From contig NC_087472.1 in NCBI RefSeq assembly GCF_036321535.1, positions 92,816,001 through 92,880,000 of the forward strand: a stretch of DNA of 64,000 bases, read 5' to 3'. Positions 38,380-50,129 of this stretch are shown one piece after another (positions within the stretch are counted from its first letter, which is position 1; every line of letters begins with the position of its first letter). The position numbers and the translations under genes were made by a program. The notes under the pieces were generated by a model. That model saw nothing but the letters and a program-made list of their open reading frames with translations, did not search any database and was not told where the DNA came from. Source of the stretch: Camelus dromedarius. Taxonomy: Eukaryota.

Positions 38380-39840
38380 GTTTACCATGGACTCTGGGCT
38401 TCTCAAGATCATCTGCTGGCTACACAGAAAGCAACATCTCAACTCTTTCAACATTTCATTCATTTCTCTATCAAAATTCTATTAGTTACAGCTACTGGAT
38501 GATTATAATCTACCCCATGCCTCTGTGCAGTGGTCCATGCTGGTCTTTTTCTCTGGAATTCCTGTGATCACCAGTGTGAGAGAGAAATTTCTGTTTCTAC
38601 AAAGGTAACCTTGACCAGGACCTCATAAGCAATTATCTCTGCCCTCTGAAATACACTGGAATATCTGTATTGTTGTTATGTAGGCTACCCTATTGGAATA
38701 AGAGAACCTTAAGTACAGAGAATGTACCTTATTTATATTTATATCACAGAGTTTTTAAATAGCACCTAATTCACATGTCATGCTTTGTTTATCCATTCTG
38801 TATCCCATAACGTCTTCTAAAAATAGAAATATATAATTGAATAAGAATTCCCTTTTTCACAATATCAGTAATTTGTTTTTACAAAATGGCCTATCTAATC
38901 AAAGGATGCTAGAACACTTGAAGGAAACTCTAGCAGACATTTTGAAGGCAATTCATAATAATTTTAAATGTTTTTAAGGTTGACTGCACTGTTTTTATTT
39001 GTTTTGCTTTTGTATGGTAAGAATTTCCATTCAATACTTATGTTTCCTATCGTCAAATCAAATTTATCACTGGCATTGTGGTTAGATTTATCAAATGTAA
39101 TTAGGGTGATTCTATTGGATTACAGACAGAACAAACCATCAGCTAGTCCCACTGGCTCTGTCAACAAAATATATCCTGTATTTGTCAATTTCTCTCTAAT
39201 TACAATGTCATCTTGGACCAATCCAAGAGAATGGGAAAAACCTCTCATTACATGGCACCATACCCACCCTGGGTTGCTACCAAACCTTTTCAAAAAGAAA
39301 TAAAAGTGACCTTTTAAATGACAAATCAAATCATGTCACACATCCTTACAACCTTCCAATGGATTTCGTCTTAAATTTAGAGAAGAAAGCAAGCTCGTTG
39401 TAAATGCCCAACATGATCTGACCTAAGACTACCTCTCCATCCCAGGATTGTTACTCTGAATATCCAGTATGCTTCATCTTGACTGCCATTACCATCTTCT
39501 TTCTGTTTAACACCATCTTCTTTCTGTTGCTTAAACCTGCTAATGAACCTCTTCCATAGGGCCTTGGGATTCCTTCTCTGTATCTTCCCTTGTCTGGCTC
39601 TTTCTTATTCAGGTCAGGGCTCAAATTTGACTTCCATTCTCCATTATATTGCCACATTTAATGTTAATTTCTCTGTAATGTCTATTGTTAGCCCTAATCA
39701 CTAGCTTCCTACTTGAATGCAAGTTCCATGAGAAAAGTGACATTTTTGTTTGGATTTGAGGCTGGATCCCCAGCACCTACAACCATTCCCTGACACTTAA
39801 GAGGCTGTATATGTGTGTGTGTGTAAATGAATGAATGAAG
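38380..39840 (+). mobile_element. Two further L2 3' fragments (~38380-38850, ~39140-39840)
   Basis: 3' end ttgaatgcaagttccatgag...cccagcaccta...aatgaatgaatgaa. Confidence 0.7.
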
Positions 39841-40794
39841 ATATAAACAGAAGTGGAAATGATACTATTCTGATATTTCGAATGGAAAGAGAGAAAAGAA
39901 AGGGAACTATGATTGATTAAAGTTTCATTAATTGGGTGGGAGAAAATAAATAGTAGGAAAACAAGGGTATTTAAAGAGACATATAATCTCCTGAAGGAAA
40001 ATAAATGTACAAGTAATACTTAATAAATTGAATAAGGCTTAGTGCCATCTCAAGGGATACGTAAGTAAATGTTAAGCAATATGCAACAATCTATATATAT
40101 GGAATATTTGGACACACTTCACTTTAGTGTTGCCCATTATTTCATGGAAAGAGAGAGTTGGTTATAGTAATCATCTTGAGATACCTGATTATAGACTCCA
40201 TTTCCCCTACTTCTACTATTAGGTAAGGCTTCACAGCCTCCACTACTCACTGCTGAGTCCCTGAAGCATGTGGAAACTTGAGTGGACAGAAAAGCAAGCA
40301 ACCTAAGCAGGGAAGATGGGAGGGAGGTCATAGGAAAAATAGAAACTGGAAAAAAGTTAGTGGTAGTGATATTTATTGATAGAAGACGACGCAGACAATA
40401 GTTCAGAAGTCTCCAACCTGTTCTTATTAAAACATGAGCAAATTGGTTTAATTTAGAGCAGACATGTAAGGTGATTCTGATGTTTGCTATAATTAACAGG
40501 GGAGTCATGGCTTGTTAATAACAGAAAACAGAGTGATGACAAAGGCATTGTAATTGATCTGTCATAGTTGTGACCCACTTTGTGGTAATAACTGCTCTGA
40601 TCTCTTAAATACTGAATATTCTTTGGAGGGGTGGGTGAGAAGAGAACTGCATACCCCCTATATAAGCATCCTCTATCAATATCCTGTCCCAGGACCTATA
40701 TTTGTAAAATGGAGCCTATGCTTTTTCAAGAAAGGTTAACAACAATCGCACATGGATTGCAGAGATAAGATTTTCTGAAATTATCATCTTTACC

Positions 40795-41000
40795 ACCACC
40801 ACCATCATCACAGCTAACATTTATTGAACACCTCCTATATGCCACACAGTGAATTAACCATTTTCACATGGATTATCTCCTGAAATATTCACACCAACTT
40901 TACAAGGCAAGAACTGTCATTACACCTACAGAGGAAAATGGTCTTAAAATCTGGTAATTTCCCAAAGGGCACACAGGTATAAAGTGTGACTCCCTATCTT
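40795..41000 (-). mobile_element. MIR SINE
   Basis: agctaacatttattgaacacctcctatatgcca. Confidence 0.8.
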
Positions 41001-42854
41001 GCTTTCCTAAGAGTTTCATCTTCCTAATTCCTTGAAAAGTTAACCAACTAAACAGAACCTAGCTAAACACAAATATCCAAAGTTCAGCTTATCTCATACA
41101 GGGGCAAGAGAATTGGACATAAAGAGACTTCAAGGAGATCAGTTAAAGTCTGCAGTGTTGGGCAGTCTTATGATGATAAGAACTGAGAAGATTATTAAGA
41201 TAATTCAGATCAAATAAACAGTAGCTTTGAGTCTCATTAATTACGTAGCATGTTGTTTAGGTCTCAGTTTCATTTTGAATGTTTGACACTAGTCTTCATT
41301 TCAGGTGAGTAAAACACAATACAGAAGTAAAGCAGTTGAAGAAATAAATGAGTTTAATGTGAAACCATTGTGTGGAATGTCATTAAAGTGGTGAATAGCA
41401 CATGTCTAAGACCACTTTATTTTCATCCATAATACAGTGGGAAAATATTTAAAACTTTGCCAAAATCTAACACATTTCAACATCAAGTTAAAAGCATTCT
41501 GACATTTTTTTCATTAACAGTGACTTAGTAAGTCAACAATGCTTTAAAAACTACAGGATGAGATTACCTCATTTGAAATAAGTTTCTTTTGTTAACGCTA
41601 CCATGGAAATGATTACTTGAAAAGGTCAACGGTTTCTTGATATATTAGAGTTTCTTCCTTTTGAAACCTGTCAGTTGTATTGAAAGTTTTCCTAAAGTTT
41701 AAAGTACCAATTGGAGTTCTTACAGTCTGTGCACCTGTGCCATAATAACTTTGAAAATTACCTTTGGAATAAACATTTTAAATATTTTTCAATTGTTTAA
41801 TTTTTTTTTAGTTATCCTTCACTTTCTATTATGCATTACCTACGAAAGCAGTCCTTACTTAAAAGGAGTTAATAATTAAATATTTGAAGTTCCCATTGTC
41901 TCTGAGTCATAGGATTTTAGAGCATTGAAAACAAACAAAAAAATGGAAAGATGGTGGAGCCAACACCACTGTCACACAGAAGGAGTATGTAAAGCTCAGC
42001 ATTTTACATGACTTAACAAGCATCACAAAGCAACTTGCTATCCTCAAAGCAAATCCAGCACCATAGTCTCCAAACTCTCAATCCAAGGCTTAATTCCACA
42101 GCATCATTTTACTGTCAGGTGTAAGGGCCTCATTAAGCTCCCCGCAAAAAGCCTTGTGTTATACAGGTATTTTATGTCCAACACATGTTGTGAATTGTAC
42201 CTTCATTTTTTTCATTAAAACATTAGACTATGCTCTTTAATTATCCTCCAGTAACTCAATGACAGCACAAGACTGTGACACGTGGTTCTCATCCTGAAAG
42301 ACAGATCAATCTATCACAGGACAGAAGTAGTGGAAGTAGTAGTGGGAAGTCTCCTCCCACATGGTCTGTAGGCAGGATGACCAAGTGTCTTAATTTCTAA
42401 CTCCAGCATAAATCCAATGGTTTATGTCTTTACATGTGTTTTCCTTCCACATGAAAATCAAAAAATTAGACAAAATAAGATAAAAATCATTTATATAGCA
42501 GTTTTCTGCTGAGGTCAAGGCACTGAACATACGTTGCTTGAAGTGGATTTTCCAAAGCAAGGCATACAGCATTCTTTAAAATGATATTTTAAAAATATTA
42601 AAATTAATCTCTCATCAGTACCATGACAGCAAAAGAACTGCCTCCTGTGGCATATCAAAGCAACAGCAGTGCCTCCCTTACACATAGATTTCACACATGG
42701 ATATTCCAATCATTATTATATCAAATAACAATTTAGCAAGCACATACCATGTTCCATAGATGTCAATTGAATAGCTAGTCCAACCACTGGAAACAGATTC
42801 TAAATTGAGCAAAATCAATTCATTTTCAGACTAATCATACCCAGTTTAGTGAAA

Positions 42855-43050
42855 AGCTTAGGAGCTAGATTGGAGTTAAAACCCTTAGCTTTGCAATCTT
42901 GGGCACGTTACTTCCTGTCTTTGGGTTTCAGTTTCCTAGTCTATAAAATGAGGATAATGATAGTTCTTACTTCAAAATAGTGATATAAGGATGGAAGGAT
43001 TAACATATGCAAAGTGCCTGGCAACTACATTGACAATTATCATTATTATA
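42855..43050 (+). mobile_element. MIR SINE
   Basis: atcttgggcacgttactt...tcagtttcctagtctataaaatgaggataat. Confidence 0.85.
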
Positions 43051-45854
43051 TTACTCTAAGAGTAGGCAGCTTGGATATAAGCTTTAATCACCTTTCTGTG
43101 AACTATGTAGCTATTTCTTCCCTACCTCAACTTACAGAACATTATACTCTTATTCAGTAGTAAAAGGTATTTCCATAGAGTCAAACAGTAGCTTTTAGAG
43201 TCTTCCTATACTCTTCGTTTCATAGCTAATTTCTTCTACCTATACAACCTAATTCAGGAAGCTGTCCTCTCAAAAATACTTTAAATTTTTCAAATATTTG
43301 GGCCTACCAATTCATTTTCTATTATTGTCTTTTCCTTCATGAAACTGAAAAACCAGGTCTCTGTAGGGTATTCAGCCTTCCATGTCAGTTGCTTATGATC
43401 TAACAAAGCAGAGTGTCTATCGGCACATCTGTTTTACACTCCTAAACTACGTGACAAAGGGTGACTGGAGTAAACATATGATGACTGCGACACAGTTTTA
43501 ACAATCTATTTTTAACTACCCTTTCTTAAAATCATTTTAAGGTTCTGACTCCCAGTCTATCAATGAAGGCCTTTTGTTGCCTTCTAAGTGTTCGTCTGTC
43601 ACTCTGTTCACCATCTACATATGGCTCATCGACAGTTGATGGCAACTTTACCCACCACTGCATATGGTCCATTAACAGCTGACAGCTGTCAGTAAGACAA
43701 GACTACTCAAGCCTTTCTCCAACCAGGAGGCTTTGACAAACAGAGAAGCTAAAGAGTCTGAACCAACCACCTGCTGAGGCCATCTTAATCTGGCACTAAT
43801 TAACTTCGTTGGCCAGAGTCCTCCTCTGCTACAGAAGAGAAGATACAGTTCAAGGAAAATGTTTGGCTGAAATGTCTGCCTGAGTCAATCCAGTTATTTT
43901 TTTAGGAAATCTCACCCACATTCATATGTATCAGTTTATCCATTTCAAAAATATGTTTTTGTCACTGTGTAGATATGTTCTTATTGTGTTAACAAGTAAA
44001 AAACAAACTCTTATTTTGGAGAAGCTTAGAAAACCTAAAAGCCAAATTTAAAATGACAGCAGACACACCTACTGAACACCTACTTTGTATGTAGCAATCT
44101 GCTGTGTACTGAAGGTATATTTTATACAGCCAGAGAAACAAAGGCGTGCTCTTCTGAAAGATTAAATAGGATATAGGGAATACTACAAAATTAGGTTTCA
44201 GTTAGCTGTAAGGTAAGTAATTTCTAACAGAACCCAAGTAGGAACCTATTCACTGGCTCAAGGAATTACATGACCTATCATAGACTATCTGTTGCTTGTG
44301 CATTTATGAATATTAATTGAACAAGATTATACTAAAGAGACATCAGCCAATAAAAACTGGAGTGAAACAAAGAATTTGGGAAATGCTTTAAAACTGGTAA
44401 ACTCACTGAATAAAAGAGGCTGAAAACATAATTTGTATTCTGAGATTCCCATGAACTGTAATTTATGTGCTTGAACTTATTTCTGTGTGGTAGTTTATGG
44501 TTTTGAATGACAGGAAACCCCTTCCTTTATCTATTTATCTGCTCCAGTTTCTGTTTTCTTAATTCAAATATATGATATTCCCACAAATTATAACTTATAC
44601 AAACTTGAACTTATTTTTGTATGGTTTTAATAGTGTTGCATGACAAAGTTCTTCTTTTCTCTCAATGGCTAACTCTGTTTCAAAAATCTGACTCTGCCAG
44701 ACATCCATATCTATAAAGGACTGTATACTTTGTGACATTAAGAGAGGGAGACTATATTTTAAGTTTTTTCCAAACGGTAAATAATTTTTCAGATTTTTTA
44801 ATCACGTAAAAAAGAAGCACTAAAGTGAATCCCTCTGATCATACTGATTATTTTCATTAAAGTTGATTTTTAAATTAAAATGATTTAAGTGATTTGATCC
44901 CAAATAATCTAGCAAATCACCATTAAATCAAGAATAGCAGTTATAATACTTAACCTACACATATTGTATATATTGTGATTAAATGCTGAATATCTATCTC
45001 TTGTTGAGTCAAGTTGAGAGCTCAGGGGAGGTGAATTTTTAATTGTTTACTTGCAAACCGTCATGGTGCCCATTTTTTTCAAGTAATCTGGTATGTTTTC
45101 AGCTATGAAGTGAATCACTTTTTCCATTAAAATGGGTTTCTAACCCCCATCCCATCACCATAAGTCAAAAAAAGCACAACTCAGAGCCTTCAATTAGTGA
45201 GATAAAGATAAGGATACTATGACAATGTAGATGGTGACCAACTCTCCTTCACCTTTATTCCAGATTGGCTAAATTCAGTCTATCTAATTATTCAAATTCA
45301 TTCATTCATATTCATCCTCATTCTCTCCCTCTTCCCTTTCCTCCCTTTCTCCCTCTCTATAGCTATGAACTTTGTTTCATCAGAAGATAACCTGGAAGAG
45401 CCAGGTAATGCAAGAGACTAGACAATCTGCTATCCTGTCTGAGGACTAGAAAGGGCTTTGGAGATCACTGGGTTTAACTGCCTTATTTTATATCAGAGGA
45501 AACAGAGCCCTAACATCATTGAGAGGCAGAACCCCTTCACACTATTAGAAACAGAGACATCAGCGGACTGCAGGCTTCTGTGATTTCTGGTCCCATTGTC
45601 ATCACAAGTGAATGCTTCATCTCTAAAAAGCAGTGACTGTGGTAAAATTTTGCATCCCTTCCAAAACACACACACTCCTTTCAGAACTCCAGGAAAACAA
45701 GAGGTACTTAATATCTCTGAATGTATGACAACTTGACCAAATATTTATATGGAGATATTTTCTATCTACAAAAGAGGGATAGGTTTTAGTAAACACCCTC
45801 AATTTAATTCTATGGGAAAATGATAAATTATGTTTTAAATCCATCTATCACAAC

Positions 45855-46270
45855 TCCCCTCTGTCTGGAGAAAACTTAAAAGGTACTTCCATTTTAAATC
45901 CCACACTTTGGAATCTATTTCACTGATAAAGAATTATTTAAGAACAAATATCCAAGTATGTCTACTGCAGCAACACCTGCATTGCCAAAGCCTAGAAGCA
46001 ACGTGTCTACAGTAATAGGGTAAGGACAAAACAAACTGTGCCACTTTACCATGGAATATTAAATACGTACCTTTTAGCAAGACAGAACAAAAAAGTACGG
46101 TTATGTCTGTCGCCTTAGATTCCCATTATTATTGAGTGAGAAAAGCAAAATGAAGAAAAGCCAATACTGTATACCCTACTTTTTCTAAAAGGCAATAAAA
46201 CTCTATTTATGTGTCTATGATGTCTAAATAGAAATATAAGAACATAGAGAAAATGCAGGGATACATACTT
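45855..46270 (+). mobile_element. Ancient L1 (L1ME-like) 3' fragment
   Basis: aatcccacactttggaatctat...ccatggaatatta...ttgagtgagaaaagcaa. Confidence 0.65.
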
Positions 46271-46949
46271 GCTTAGTAATATGTTTTGATTTTGTTTGGG
46301 GGCATGGCTGGAAGGGGTATCTCTCTTGCATCAAGGAGGAAAGGAATGGGAAAGAAGAAGCCTAGCAGGAAACAAGGGAAAGGAAAAAGAAGAATGTTAC
46401 GCTGATTAAGTTACGTTTTTATGTAAATTAAGGTATATATAAAGAAATTAAACAAAATATTTAAACTAAATTTTAAAATACCTTTCAGGGACAAACTATC
46501 ATTTTGTTGTCATAGCCTCTGTTTTAAATTTTACTGACTGTTAAACGCTTCAGAATAGTTATTCAAATTACTTATACTTTATTTGTAAAGCTACCATTTG
46601 TTGAGGACCACAGAATTCATTAAACAATCTACATGAATATTGCTAGTTTGTTTTTAACAGTTTAATTTGAGGATCAAAAAATTCCGTAAGTTTTCGTTCA
46701 AACTTTCAACATCCTGTTTTTTTACACTACCTAACCAAAAATGACCAATAAAAACAGAAAACAAATAAAAACCTAGAAAATTCTAAAAATTTCAAGATTC
46801 TAACCTACAGGGCAAAGTTACCACCCTGAAAATCTGATTTAAGAACAGACCCATGTAAATAAACAAACAAATAAGTAGGAAAAGTATTAGAAGGAAAAAA
46901 AAAAAAAGGACAGACCCATGTTCTTTAATCATATAATTTAGTGTGTTAC

Positions 46950-47165
46950 ATTGTCAAGGATAAAGACATGAGCTAGGCAGTCAGACTGCCAAGATTCAAA
47001 TTCTTACCCCTTCACTTAGTAACTGTGTGACCTTGGGCAAGTGACATAGCCTCTCTGTGCCACCTCTATAAAATGCTGTTAGACTTACATGATGTGTGAC
47101 ATATAGAACTTCGTACACAAGGTCTAACATGCTGCAAAAGCTTAATAAAGTATTTTCTAATACTA
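46950..47165 (+). mobile_element. MIR SINE
   Basis: cagtcagactgcc...cacttagtaactgtgtgaccttgggcaagtgac. Confidence 0.9.
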
Positions 47166-48164
47166 TTAAAATGAAGTGAAAAGTAAAAATAACAGTAGAT
47201 TCCTTATCATCTGTTTACTAAATGACAATGGCTTCTGTGCTCTGAGCAGGAACACTGGGCTAGAGTCTATCTGGAGTGCTTTAGTTACTGAACACACCTC
47301 CCAATGGCAGAGCTGAAGACTGGAACCTGAGCCCAGGCTGGAATCTGACAAGAAGTCAGGAGACCTTCAGCTACAGTTCAAGTTTAAAAACTGTAACAGG
47401 TATGAAGAGACAAGCAGACACTGAAGGTCAAGATGAAATAGTGGTTAAAAATCAGGTGGATCAAAAGTAGAATCCAGGAAGCAGGATACCCAGAGAACTG
47501 AGAAGAGCAGAACAGAAATATTAGGACAGAAGGTGTGAGCTCCAAAACATAAGAGAACTTGATACTGATGGAAATCTGGGATCAATAAGAAAGTTCCCTG
47601 TCTTTCTCCTCCTAGCCAGCAGAATGGCAAGACCAGGATATGGGTATTCCTGAATTGCTTGAGAAGTATAGGAATGAAATTAAATGGATTAAAAACTCTC
47701 ATAAGATGACTAACAACCCATTTATCCATTGCTCACCTATTTTGTGTTGTTTTGTTTTTTGAATCATCCTAAGTAAGGTACAGCCGCACCTTCCATTTAT
47801 CTTAGCTAACAAGCAAAATTTTCATTAACTGTAGTGAATTTTTCAGAGCCCGATGAATATGCTAAAAGCTCCCCAGTTCATACTGCCTATGTATTGACCT
47901 GTGAAATCTTCCTATTTTTAAAATCAGCAGGTGGCTTAGGAAGCAATAACCTCATGCCTGCCCGGTAGACTGGGCCAGAGTGAGTAATATGTTAAGTCAA
48001 TTTTCAGAGAAATAAAATAAGAGTGATGCTTAATATATGAAATTAAAATACTTGGTCAGCCTCATTGAAAAAGGAACGTGATCAAAACTCCTGAGGCTTA
48101 GGGAGAAAAGACAAAGACCGTCACAAGCTTATACCACAGGGCCAAAACAAAGCAGCTGTTTGGC

Positions 48165-48332
48165 ATTGGCCTATATGAGAAGGCAGGAAAGTGAAGTACA
48201 GCGAGGGAGAACGTTCTCTCGTTTCCTGGGTAACAGGAGCCAAAGATGGCAAGGAATGGAGCTGAGAAAGGTGCTTCCAAAGGAAAATCAAGAAACCTGT
48301 CACCACACGAGAGCCTCTGCAGGAAGGTAAGA
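48165..48332 (+). promoter_or_regulatory. Candidate RFX X-box promoter with first exon
   Basis: ATTGG at 48165-48169, palindrome gagaacgttctc at 48207-48218, X-box-like GTTTCCTGGGTAAC at 48221-48234, Kozak-context ATG at 48246 and donor AAG|gtaaga at 48326/48327. Confidence 0.3.
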
Positions 48333-49679
48333 GTGCACATTCAACAAGTGTAGCTGGGGAGGTATGCAGCCAGAGGTGGGAAAGATGAACTAATCCAGAA
48401 GCCCTGACCAATTCTTTTTGGAAATACATTTCCTCAACAGGTAGACACAGTTACTTAATCAGCATTCCTTCTCTTGCATAATTGAATATTGAATGAAAAG
48501 ATGCAGTCAGTGCCTCTGGAGTAAAATAGGTGGGCACTGTATGCAGGGAAGGACTCAATAGTCAGATCACAGAGCAGGGCTTCCTGCTGACAAATGAAGG
48601 GTCTGAGCATCTCTTCGTCAGTAACACTGGCTCCACTTGTTCCTTCTGTAAGTCATCATTGTTATTCCAGACGCTGGCCATACTAATAATCCTATCAAAT
48701 TCACTTGAACTCAATTCAGTAGAAGAAAATTAGATTCATCCAATTTGATACTTGAAATACCTGCAAATGGGCAAAATGTGTTTTATTGCCATTCTGAAGT
48801 AGGGCTTCGTCAAAACACTAGGTTCACTTTGGGCCTTGAGACGACATTCCCTGAGTTAATTGCTACATGAAATAGAATCATTTTGTGACAAAACCATAAT
48901 GAGATAATCACAACAATTTCTAAAAATCAACAATTTAACCCTGGCAATTTGGATGGACAGCACATCTGCAGACAGCTTAAAAAGTAACACATCATTAAAG
49001 GCATATACATTTTTTTTAAAGTAAAGAGAAAAGGACCGTCCTGTTGATTTCCTGTTGGATGGCAAAACTTAGCTTTGGCAGTGCTGCCTTGTGAAGGGTT
49101 GTTTACCGCTTGGAAAAGGGTTTCCTATTAGGCATGTACTGAATATGTTGCAATGTCACAGAACAGTGTCAGCTGTGTAGCTGCCAAAAATGACATCAAT
49201 TCTCACCCCTACAAAGACAGACATTGTTAGGAGTACCATTAATGAGGCACACACTTTTTCTTTTCTCTGCTTTTCTTCTATGGAGTAAGAGATCAAGGCG
49301 TTCTAGTAGAAGTATCTTTCCAGAGACTAAAAAATACTTCTAAAAAATTTGAGCCAAAAGATCATAAACAAAAGTTAGCAGGAAAAAAAATAGCAAAATG
49401 GATGCAATTATAAAATTTTCACAGAATAGACCTAAATAGAAATGCAGACACACGTGTGTATAATACACATGCACATACGTTGTTCTCACATAGTATTTAC
49501 TAAATGAACTGCATTTTAATCCTCTAAAATTGTATCCTGCTTTCATTATCCCTTTGTTTTGTTGTCTGATTTAAATGTTACATCTGAACGGTGGACATTC
49601 AGTAAAGGTTTTCCTATCCTCTATGCTGCTTAACACCTGTTAATAAAATCTACAATTACTTAATTATTTTTGAATAAAA

Positions 49680-49890
49680 GCCAAAATAACTATAAGTTTT
49701 GAGTAGTTTCTGTATGCCAGGTTCTTTCATTACATATATACAATGTAATGCCTGCAAGTTAGTTATGATTATCCTCTTATGTTACCAAGAAAACTGAGTC
49801 CACAGAGATCGCTGGAATAGACCAGAGCCACATAGTAAGCAAGTGGCAAAGCTGGGACTCAAAACCTCTTCTTTCTGATTTTAAAACCTG
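49680..49890 (-). mobile_element. MIR SINE
   Basis: gaaaactgagtccacagaga...aagtggcaaagctgggactcaaa. Confidence 0.8.
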
Positions 49891-50129
49891 TGCTGCCGAT
49901 TGCAAAAGTTGCCCATTGCCACTCATATCCTATCTGAGTAATTCCTCCATCAAAAACAACAAAAAATATTGATGAAGCATTAATAATTATAGCTTAGGAA
50001 TTTAACTGTTAGGTGATTATCTGACCTGCAATTCCCCAATAGTAGATACACAATAAAACAGGCTGGAAAGAAAGGAGGAAGAAGGGTGAGACGAAAGAGG
50101 AAGGGAGGGGAAAGGAGAGACGTGCAGTG

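Noticed and set aside
40137..40508. 123-aa minus-strand ORF
   Set aside because: No recognisable domain or convincing splice signals; consistent with chance.
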